NCBI GenBank assembly: GCA_051362555.1
Contig: CM120640.1
Location: 39,844,788-39,908,787 of the forward strand
Source: Lingula anatina
Taxonomy: Eukaryota > Animalia > Brachiopoda
Direction of reading: 5' to 3'
DNA: 64,000 bases
Numbering within the stretch: position 1 is the first letter of the stretch; every line of letters starts with the position of its first letter. Below the pieces are notes generated by a model that ran no database searches, was not told the DNA's origin, and saw nothing but the letters and a program-made list of their open reading frames with translations. Below are positions 1 through 11,477 of this stretch, piece by piece. The translations under genes were made by a program, and so were the position numbers.

Positions 1-1140
1 CACCAGAAATATCCAGGCAGCCGGGGGAAAGTTCTGCAAGAAAGATGGCACTCTCATCTCCAACATTCCAAGGTATAATTATAGGAGTTAATTAGTGATG
101 AGTGAATCGAATTGAATTTATGTTTAATGAAAAGATTTACACTTGAATTGCTAGATTTTGAAATCACAATATTTATTTAATATTTTATTTAACATATTAA
201 TTTATTTTATATATTTTAAAGGTTTTAGTATACATGACTAATCTAGGCTTTTATAATTTTCAATGTATTATATACTAATAAATAAACATCATATGGAATT
301 AATTGGTCAGTATATTGTACACAAAGTAAATGCATTACAGTTAACCATTTTGTTAGATTGCTGTAAAATTAAGAAAAAATTTATGTGGGATATGTGTCAA
401 TTTATTTGTGTTCATGTCAACAGTCCTGCAATTCTCTATTCCAGCATCACAAATGGCACTAATGGCGTCCAGAATGAGTAAGTATTGCACACAATAGTTA
501 AATGTTTAGAGATTTTTATGAAATTTCTTTTCCTTGAGTATACAGTATTATATTTGTTTAGTGACAATGTGACAGGATCTTTTTTCTCTTGGTTAGAAGT
601 ATGTGAAATTTCAATTTTTATGTCATGTAAAAACAAATTCTCCTTTTTCTTTTGCCCTCTTGCCAGTGGGAATACATGTTGTGTACTGTTTGTTTTCAGT
701 GGTAGTGGAGATCATGACAATGAAGCTATGGTTGTTGAGGTTTCTCCACTGGTCTCATATGCAGGAGAGGTATGTATTTTTAGTGACTCTGCATGAAAGT
801 TAAGAAAATTAAAAGATTAACAAAAGGTATTCTTCTATTTCTGAAGTATATATGTTTTTTTTTTTGTTTTTTTTTGCTATTCAATTAAAGAAAAATAATG
901 CTATCAATGAAATGAATGTGGGTGTACATGTAATTTCAAGGCGTAAACCATGAAGCAACCTAAGGAAACGTGAGTAAACTGTCCTAAGATAAAAGATCTT
1001 TTCAACCAGGTCTTTTAATTTACCCACATCATTTCCAGGGTCTCGAGAAGTTGGTTGCCGGGAAGAGTTTTGTACCCCCACTAAGCATCTATGCACCTGG
1101 AGAAAAGGACCAGGAAATTGTGTGCGCGCTCATCAAGTAA
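1..1140 (+). CDS. UAP1: UDP-N-acetylhexosamine pyrophosphorylase, 3' part (last 4 exons: <1-72, 424-477, 700-769, 1039-1140)
   Basis: Spliced translation TRNIQAAGGKFCKKDGTLISNIP-SPAILYSSITNGTNGVQN-DGSGDHDNEAMVVEVSPLVSYAGE-GLEKLVAGKSFVPPLSIY...LIK* matches the recalled UAP1 C-terminus (AGG.F....G......P...EISPLISYAGEGLE). All introns are GT-AG and in frame; TAA at 1138-1140. Confidence 0.93.
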
Positions 1141-4100
1141 CGTAACATAATATGGACATGTAGAAGGACTTCCATTTTTCCAGCGGCCAGTTAGATGTAG
1201 GAATCTGCAGTGTATGCTGTACAAGTGTTAAGGAAACCAGCTGTTATTTGTTAGTGGTGTCAATGAAAATGGTTCATATGTTTATCGATCAGTGTGAAAA
1301 TACAGGTACCCTCATGGTAGATGAGTGCTGACATCGAATTAAGTGGTGTTGAACAATTGGAAATATTATTATTATTTCTAAGAGTATTTTTCTTCAGGAC
1401 TGAAAACTCAGGCAGTTTATTGTATTCCGAGACTGGAACCGATTGTAACTGCTGAATTATTTAAGCCTTTGGTGTGTAATCTAGAAGTTAATTTTGGGTA
1501 CTTATGCTTGATAAACAATTGGATTATTTTCAGAAAGGAAGAACGGATGCACCTTGTACGTAAAAGACTTAGTGTAAATAGAAAAATGTCTATGACTGTT
1601 GTGTGGAATTGTTGTGAAGTTCGTGTGCATTCTGTACTCTAGATCTGTTTTGTTGATTAATGTTAGTTTAAGTTCAATCACTTGTTATTTAATCAAAATG
1701 TTATGCGTGAAAAACTAAAATTAGTGGAAGTAACCGTACTAAAATGAAGAAGAAGAGGAGAATGTAAGGCCTTAATAACTTACACTTGCAACATGATTGT
1801 ACATGTTGTACTTGACCTATATGTATTGTAGTGGAGATTTTTGAGTTTGTTACATCCAAAATGAGGTTGGTGTGTACATGACATTTTTTTTTTTTTTTTG
1901 TTGCAGACAAATTTACTAGATATTCAGCAGGGTGTATTTTAAGCTTGCACAACAACCATGGATGTCTCAGTATTACCAAGCATAAAAATCTAACACGCAG
2001 TACAAGAGTGTTTATTTCAATCTAATCATTTATGGACTTGTATCATATTAACATACATGCCACATACTATGATTGTGTAGAGCATCTACACATAGAATGA
2101 TATAAACATAACTTCCAAATGAGTGTTTTTGGATGCTGTTTTTTTTATTTATATATTGAATCAGGTATATGTTACGGTACATTATGTCCAGTTGCATGTG
2201 CTCCTCATTGATGCTGTTGTGTTGAGTAGAATTGTTTACAGATTCATATTGGACATAATATTATCCAGACAAAGCCATTCAGCAATGTCTTTAATTATGC
2301 ATTCATCATTTGAGTTAAGTTTTTTTTTTAGTTAAGACACCAACAGAATAAGACAAAACCAGGCTGTGATCTTACTTGTTATTTATATTTCATTAAATAA
2401 TTATTGTGCATATACGGACAACATATCGTACTTGATTGACTATACGTATGTATATTATGAATAATTTTATTTCCTGTAGGAATTCTGTTTAGATTTTAGA
2501 TAACTATTCATGTGTACAACTAAGTATTTTTTGCTGCAGGGTTAGGTAGATGGGATAGCTAAGATACTGGTATAAGAAATAATTGCTTCTTATTAAATAA
2601 TTAGTTATAATTTTTTCATGATTGTGGAAAAGGAAATCTGCTATGGCATCACAGCTTTTTTTGCTAGAGCACTTTGTTTGTTGTAAATATTATTTTTAAA
2701 CCATTCCCTTAGAGAGAACTGTGCAACTTTGAGGCAAATGCTGTATTCTATATTTATGCAACAGTGTACTATATAGTGATTCTAATTAATGTTTATATTT
2801 TTGGTAATGGAATACCTAGGTTTTAAAACAGAGACTTGATGCATGAAAGAGTATTTATCCAGAAACTACATTAATTGGACCATCGCACACATTATTATGT
2901 GCTTAGAGAAAGAAGTCAGTTCAGCTCCTAAATAAATATATTAGTAGGAAATATAAAAAAAAATCGGGTAGCAGAGCTACTTTTAATTAATAGAATATGC
3001 TTGCTTTTAAATATAGTATTTAAAGAAAAATATCAGTAATGTTTTTTTGGTGCCATAATGCTGCACATACTATTTACTAGAAGAGTACTAGATATTTAAC
3101 AGAGACTTTTGAACTAATTTGATAATATGAATATTACCTTATTACTTGAAAATTTAAGTTAATGAATGAATAACACTATTATCATGTCCATGTGAGGATT
3201 ATTGTAGTCATGATATTAGGTAGTGGAAGAGTTATTTGGTCACAAGCAGTAAGAGTTTAATGACATGATGGTATGTTTTATTCAGTGTCCACTAAGGTAC
3301 TCATGCTAGGGTACTGCAGACTTGAAAGCAAATAAGCTTATCAGCTAGATGTTAAAAGAAGAGTTCTGTATCCTGAAACCGTATTTTACATTCACTTTAC
3401 ACCTTAGAAAATATTAAGATGGACTCTTTTGTTCATTTATTATGGAAATCCTTCTAACCATACATTGAATTGGGGAAAACACTTTTGGACAGGTCAGAAA
3501 AAACTGGTTTTGTTATTCTAAATAAAAAATGTTTAAATTTAAATGATACATATACATCCCTTACTTTGATTTAATATAGTTTAATTTATGGTCAATTGTT
3601 TCCCATCATATACTCGTATGTACATTTGTGCCATGCCAAAATATTGCTTGTTATTTATTTAGTGGCTTGTTTGATTTCTTGTTGAATAAACTACCTTCTT
3701 TTTAGGGATGTGGTATTTTAACTAGTCCTTGTTGTCTTTAATTTGATTTATAAAACTGTAACCTTTCAGAAATTATAAGCTCAGGGCTTCAGATCCATAG
3801 CAGTTTGAAGTAGCACCTAGAAAATATTTGTTTGAAAAAATTGAGAAATTTACCAAAAATTCATAACCCAAAAAATCTAGTCCAATTGGACCAATTTTAC
3901 TAAGTCCTATGAATCATTCTTGTTAGAAAAATTTTAAAGAAAAAATAAAGAACACATTAATTTGAACACAAAAGACAGTTTGGAGTATAAAATGTTGGGT
4001 TAAGTTTTTTAATTGCACGAATAAAATACATTTTTTGTAAAAGCGCCTAAATCATCTTGGTCAAATGTTAACGTGGGGCTTTGTTCAACAAATAAAAGCA

Positions 4101-5204
4101 TGAGGAATATAAGCAAAGTATTTAAATTTTTTATCAAAAAGGGCAAATTTTTTATGCTGATCTGCATTTCTAACCTTATGTCTCCAGTACATTTAAAAAC
4201 CACAATACCCAGGTTTTTTATCAGACATGTTTATTTTCTGAATATTATTCATATACAACAGTATCCAAGCAGACTGGGAACCTGAAAAACAAGCACTTTC
4301 TTTGTAAAACACCATCACTGATGACAAACTGTTAAATACACTAATTTGTCTAAGATATGTTATATTCCCAAGTCTTTCATTGGGCTACGAAGGTGTTTAT
4401 GGTTCTTAGCTCATAACGTTCAAAATCTATGGAAAATTATTGGTTAATCTTCATGTAGTATGCTAGTTGATGGTAGAGCTCAAATATGAGCTTGGCATCA
4501 AATATCTTTCACATCAACTGTCACTTTCAATTTGTAAAAATTGTTGGCCTAAGAGAGATGCAGAACCTAAAATTGGTCCAATATTTAAGTCCAAAATGAT
4601 TGAAAATATTCAATTAATATTTGGAAAATCATTGAAATATGCCAGCTCAAAGTGGATACCATTACAAAAGATACAATATCTTACTTGATAGCAATGAATA
4701 CAGACACTGTTGATGATAAAATGCACATTGACAAAGGTGTCCGTACATAAAAAATGCCTTCAGATCTTAAATCCTCACCATTGACTTAAATATTTATCCA
4801 CTGGCTGGTAAATTTAATTTTTACACTAATTATTATAAGCTGAAATTAGTTCAAATGCTGTATTCAATCAGAAATGGTCATCACAATAACAACAAAGAGA
4901 AAAGGAATGAGAATATTTCGGTACAGAACAGCCAGCCTGAGAATGAAACCAAAATTCAAATGACTGCCAAGCATCTTTGGTAAGTGGAGAAGGTTTAAAT
5001 CAGCCTGTCTGCTCACAAATTAAGAATGTCAAAAAATCCCAAGTTTAATAGCATCTTTTAAGACAGTTTTCAAAATGTGAACTGGGAAAAACATTAAAAT
5101 CACAAATATTGACCTTCAAGGTTAAGCTTACTTCAAGCCTGATTTTAACAACAATATCACAATCTTATATATGGCATACAGTTGGTATAAATATTGGTTT
5201 CCAG

Positions 5205-5274
5205 AACTCAAATGTGACTGGTTTTTAAAATCAAACCTGAACTCAAAAGTGACTGGTTTTTAAAATCAAACCTG
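5205..5274. repeat. 35-bp tandem duplication
   Basis: AACTCAAA(T/A)GTGACTGGTTTTTAAAATCAAACCTG occurs twice. Confidence 0.9.
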
Positions 5275-5538
5275 CCATCAAGTCGATGTGACAAGTTACT
5301 TCACAAATCTTCAGGCTAGGTTGAACTTGCTACCAAGAGTTTATAAACCAGTGTCAGCTGTTTTAACAACCCCCACATCCTAGTCCACTTTTATAACAAA
5401 TGGGCTGTATCAGGTTACTCAATGTAAGATCAAATATATTTGAAGGCATGCAGCTTTTTCATATGAAATTTGTTGAATTAACAATAGCTATATAGTTTTT
5501 TATAGCCAGAGTAAGAAGATTCTACATACAGAAATTAT

Positions 5539-5753
5539 GGCTGTATTCCCAGAGCTTTTAGATCGATCTATCCCCGCGGGAAGTCTCACTAGATTACTGT
5601 CAGATAATCCGGCTTAAATGTCCATCCCGCCTACTACAAGCTGTAAGGTGGTAATTAACTTTCGTGTCCGCCCGGCTGACAGCTATTTAGCGTGAACCCC
5701 CAGGGAGTTAGGTCCATCTAAAGTAGATCGATCTAATCTCTGGAAATGGGGTC
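5539..5753. mobile_element. 215-bp MITE copy 1 (PIF/Harbinger/Tourist-like) in the VCPIP1 3'UTR region
   Basis: Imperfect ~30-bp TIRs (TTCCCAGAG..TTAGATCGATCTA / TAGATCGATCTAATCTCTGGAAA), flanked by TAT on both sides. Its internal sequence is the reverse complement of copy 2. Confidence 0.8.
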
Positions 5754-6223
5754 TATGATAGCTAATCCTTTCTTTTGCCACTAATACTGTCATAATTGTT
5801 TTCCCTTTCAACATAATGCTTTCTCTGTATGACCTTCCTGATATGCAGTGCCAGGTTTCTGTGGCCAGTCCAATGCTGAGGTGTATCTAGGGTATGGTAC
5901 TGTGGCCTGGGCACCACTTGAATGAAGCACCACTGAGAAGGGTTTTTTAGCAAAAAGAAATTTTTATGTAGCATTATTTGTTGACTACAAAACGAAAAAA
6001 AAAAAAAAAAAAAAGAAATGAATAGTATTTTGGTTTGATTTTATTGTAAAATTATTTAAATAAGAAAAAAGTTTAGACGGGGGTGCAATTTTGGTGCTTG
6101 CCATAGATGCTGTTATCCACAGATACCCTCTGGTCACTGTCAGATGACGTGGTGGGCAATGTCTGATCACTGACCCTTGAACCTGCTTAAGAATGAGCAA
6201 ATGGATCTTGTGTATTTAAGTTA

Positions 6224-9200
6224 CTATGTAGAATCCATCTCATCTTGTATTTTTGTATCTACTGGCTTTTCTTGATCACTATTTTCGTCTGAGTCCAGGT
6301 CCTAAAATAAAACAAACTCTAGATAATAATATTAAATTAACAGGTCCCACTGGCAACAAAAAACCAATGGTTCATTAGCATAATTTGATTTAATTAACCA
6401 ACATGATCTTCTTATGCACCAGATAATAAAAACTAAGTTACGAAGTACACAACTGACATAAAAATGATGCCAATGAAAGCAGCTGAGGACCAGCTTTACT
6501 GAGGACCAGCTTCAATTAAAGTTCCCATGAAAGCCAGGAGGGGCCTCAGAAAAACCTCACCTCTTCTGCCTCCTCCTGCACTGCTGCCTGTATACTGGCT
6601 GCCAATGACCGTAACATTTCACTCTGTGAGTTACTAGAATTAGTCCTTTCATGGTTTACTACACTATAACCTGGTCCTATTCTTTTAAATAAAGAGTCTC
6701 CTTGTGCATCTGTTTCCCCCTCCTCTCCCCCTGAAGCACCCTCCCCAGTGTCCATACTCTCTGATTCCTCTTCTATAGAGTCTGGGTGGGCAAACATTGG
6801 GGAGAGGCCCTGGAAACTTGATGCTTTATTTTTCGTGCCAGCATGATGGTGATGGTGGTGGTGAGTTGCTGGCAACAAATCTGTTGGCATTCGTATATTT
6901 TCTTTATTTGAACGTAAAGAGTGTCCCTGTCCAGAGAAGGCCACATGTTGGCTGGGAAACTGCATAGGTTTGTTCACCACCACACCAGCCCCTCCAGAGG
7001 CCAGTGTGGCTGCGTGGGTACTGGTGCTGGCGGGGATGGGATGGCGGACAGCTTGCGGGATGCCACCACGTAATATCTTGTCCTCTAAGCCTGGCTCCAC
7101 AGGAAAGTGTCCATGAGGCTCCAAACAAAGTTCCAAGCGGCCGTCTTGAGCATTATATCTGAATACCTACAAGATAAATAAAAAAGCCTTTACTTCACAA
7201 AGAATGAATCTACACATTTGTACTTAAATGTGGTCATAAAAAAACAGCCTGTTGCATTCTTCATAATAAAGCTATGACATGACAACTGTCTCATATCTAA
7301 CTTGTGGTTGATACAAAATCCACTACTGGAAAAAGGAAACAAAAAGCCACCTTAATTTACAATCTACCTTATCTTCACTAGGTCATTACACAAATCACTG
7401 CACAAAACCATCAATATAACAGCCTACCTTTCCTGGTAACACAGGCAGAGTACAATGCTTGCCCTCCACCAGGCCCAGATCTCTCTCCACTTGCTGATAA
7501 AACAATCCCCCCACTGAGAAGAGGTGTGGCAGTCCCTGGACATATGTCCACAGGTCCTTACCGGTCAGTGTGGCCATCAGGGTCAGAGAAGCTATGGACA
7601 TGTCCAAGCTGTCCCCAGCTGTATAAGAAGTGAAAAATTGATTTTCACATGAAGCAGATATTTCTCTATTGTAATCATATTATTAGAAAGAATAACACTA
7701 CAACTTTAAACTGCTATCAAAATCAGATAATTTTAAATATATAAAGGACAAGGAAAGGGCACAAGCTGAAGATTGTGCTGCAGATGACACACAGCACAAC
7801 TAACACAATTACATTGCTGGCCAACATGCAAAGAGACCATTACAACATACTTCATTCCATCAAGTTGTAACTGGAACACCAGCTGCAATAAGATCATTGT
7901 TAATGACAAAAGTACCAAAGTTAATCAACCTGAAAACCACTGATGGAACAGATTTAGCAACCAAATTATTGGAATATTACTCCATCAATCTCAACTCATA
8001 GCCAATTGCGTTTTTAGCTTTTCAAGTAGCACATCTACCACAATTACAAACATGTAAAGAAGAGGGAAAAAAAAGAGAATCAATAACAAGTGACAGGAAT
8101 TATGTTGATACGTTCACTACATACATGTCAATAAAATAAGGTAATGCCAACAGAAAAACTATCCAAGTGCATTCATCACTGAGTAAACAAATTGATGAAA
8201 GACTGTTCACTAACTTCCTTGAAGCTGGTTCAGCCCCCTCAAAAGGTCCTCAGCAGAATGGTCATGTGCATTGGGATCAAACCCTGCCCACGCCTGTTTT
8301 GGTACAGTAGGTTGCTGCCAGACCTTGATCTCATCTCCTTTATCTGGAATGCAGCATTGTCAGCCGATCAGGAAACCAAATATTGCCTATTGATTTATAT
8401 ATGGATTAAATGTTTGGAAGAGTAAGGGTTTATAATATTGCTAAGCATCCAATATGTAATCACCTAGAAGAGCAGGCAAAGGGTTATTTCTACTTGCAGA
8501 AATCATTGCCAGCAGTGTGAGCCACTGCCATTAATCACGACTGAAGAAAAAATAAAAAACAAACTAGTCAACACTTGGCTGAGGTTATTTTCACTTGTTA
8601 TGTGCACTGCTATCATTAATCAAAACTTGACTGAAAAAAATAGTCCATAGACCATTAACTGCAATAAAAAATCTGAATATGTTTCAAAGGGATAAACCCA
8701 TGGTCCTAAATATCAATCTACCTTGCTTTAAGCTCATACAACCAATATGCACACCTTTCTCGTTATCATCTTTCAAAATCTCCACAGTGACTCTGTCCCC
8801 ATGCTGGAGAGGGAGAGGCTCCTCCTCTTTGCCCTCTTCAGGTGGGTGCAGCTCCCTGGGTGGGAAACCATAGCGGATCCTCTGTGAGGTGGGTGGAATG
8901 TGGAGTTCAGTGGATATCTTCTCCTGCAGTGCTGCATATGTAATACTGCCTGGTAAACTGAGCATCATCTTATGGGAAAAAAAACACAAAATGATTTTTA
9001 ATTTCTTTCATCGTAACATTTGGAAATTAGCAAGTCATTTGATGTGAGACTGTGGTCATAAACCATGTGTATTAATTTTAAAACTTTTTTAGATCTATTT
9101 ATCACTTACTTCTAGCCACTTTTGTTCAGTGTAATTATTCTAAGGTTTCAGCATTAGTGGGTAATTGCTGTTACTGTAAGCTATTAACACATGCAGGGGA

Positions 9201-11433
9201 TTAACCCATTATTTCCATAATCTAGGAGAAAACATCTCATAAATCACCCCTGCTTTCAAATTTTTCCCTTATTGATCATTTTCAAGCCTCTGCCCTGGTA
9301 TAAACTATCATCTGGTAATCAACTTGCCAGAATGGGTTGTAACAAGTTGACTCCAGCCAACCTGACTTGTAGTGCACTTTAGTATTTGTTACTGCGAAAA
9401 CCTGCCTAGTACTCTTATTAAATGCACATGTTTGAGGATGCATCAAATTCTCTACTAAATGTTTCTCAGAGAGAATGCCTTATATAAATGTGCCTAATGC
9501 CCTTTTTTCTGAGTGTACCTGTGGAAGCCTACCTAATACCTTTTTAAGTATTACCTGTGGAGTCTTACCTAACACCCTTTTTTAAGTGTTACCTGGGGAA
9601 GCCTACCTAATACCCTTTTATTAAATGTGGAAACCTACCTAATACCCATTTTTAGTATTGCCTGTGAAAGCCTAATACCCTTTTTAAGCGTACCTGTGGA
9701 GACCTACCTAGTACCCTTTTTTTAAAGTGTACTTGTGGCCGCCAACCTAATACCTAAGAGTGCCCGTGGAAGTCTCCTTAACACCCTTTTTAAGTGTACC
9801 TGTGGAATGTTGCCTAATACCCTTACCTGCCTCCCATCTGATGTCGTAAGCCTGATCTTCTTTTCCACTCTTTGAGCTTCAGACTGGGCTCCTCCACCAC
9901 CTGGGGGTGACGCGGATGGTGCTCCAGAATCATGACCATGACCTAGTGTCTGGAAGAATAAATAACATCTTCATTCAATAATCCATATATAAAATCTGAA
10001 ACACTTGTCAGTAAGGGAAAAAAACTGGAAAAATATCTTAAATACAAATGTCTGGTTTTCAAACATTTTATTTACTGGGCAATTTCTTTAAATGTCTGGC
10101 ACCAATGTGAGGGTGTAAGTAAAAGTGACTTAACGGGCAATGAAAAAAATCAATGTCTTTATTAAAACCAACTGTAAACAAACTCATTGAAACAATTTCC
10201 CTTTAATTCCCTCCTTATCAATTTGTGCATGCTATAAAATCATCCATCAAGAAGGCTTATCTACTTTGTCAAAAAAACTATGTTTTCCCTGCATTTGCAG
10301 GTTTTCATGAAAGCTTTTCCACTTAAAAAAAAACTCAACATGCAAAGTCCCACCATGATACCTGGGAACGCTGTAGTTAACATGGTTGTTAAATTGAGTG
10401 ATACAGTTTGATTGAAATGATATAATGATTGTAATATGTCTATTTTTAACTACAATCATCAAATATTCAAGTGTTTCACTGCTGGATATAGGATAACACA
10501 AGATCCCCACCCAACCCCCTCTCAGTTATTTCTGAAAAATATGTCATGATTTGGACATTTTTGCAGTGCTTACATAGGTCCCTTACAAGAGTTCCCTGTA
10601 ACACCATTTTACCAGAAAAAACTTTCTCCATACATTTTCCATCTGTTGGGAAATGGATTCACTATAGGAAGGATAATTTTACTGCTGGGATAGATCATAT
10701 CCCAATAAAATGTCAATAAGAGTAAATTCGAATGAGAGAAGCTTGGGATTTCACAAATGGGTATTTAAACAGTAACCAATATTCATTACAACTATTCATT
10801 TTTCTTTTTTTGGGAGGAGAGTTCCTTTTCACAGAAAAAAAAGCTCAACATCAAAGCAGTTTTCTGAAATTTATAACAAAGTAAAAGACCTCTGACCAAA
10901 GCAAAGTCCCAGGGGTAATGGATCATCCTCAATTCCATCAATCTCTATGCCCTATAAGACAAAACAGACATGCCACTGGCCAACTGAAGTATCATGCAAT
11001 TCCCATATTTAGTTATCCCCATAAGTACAAGTGCCAGTTATTTCCATACAATCCCTATGTGCCCACATTACATTCCACAAAAAAAAAATTATTAATCTAG
11101 TTCAGGGGAAATACTGATTCCAGTACTTAGGTAAATAACTGGAGGATTCCTAAGAGAATAGTGTCTTCTAATGAGTATTCATTTCTCCACTACAATATGT
11201 CAGGCAAGCACACTATTTCTAGAGTAAAAGAGCATTAACATAGAATGTATGGCAGAGACTCACAGGGACGGCACAGAGAACACTATTAGGAATGTAAATC
11301 ACCTGGTTGAAAAAAAGTCGTAAAATCTCAAGAAAGCACACTGCCAGAGATAAATATACATACTATCAAAATTGCTTGATTTATGTCCCTGAATTTATTT
11401 TTACTGATGTTAGTATTGTTTATCTAAAGCAAT

Positions 11434-11477
<44 letters not shown>

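Noticed and set aside
9491-9826. Regular ~37-bp repeats resembling a CRISPR array
   Set aside because: Units are contiguous and degenerate with no unique spacers, lie in a eukaryotic intron, and have no cas genes nearby.
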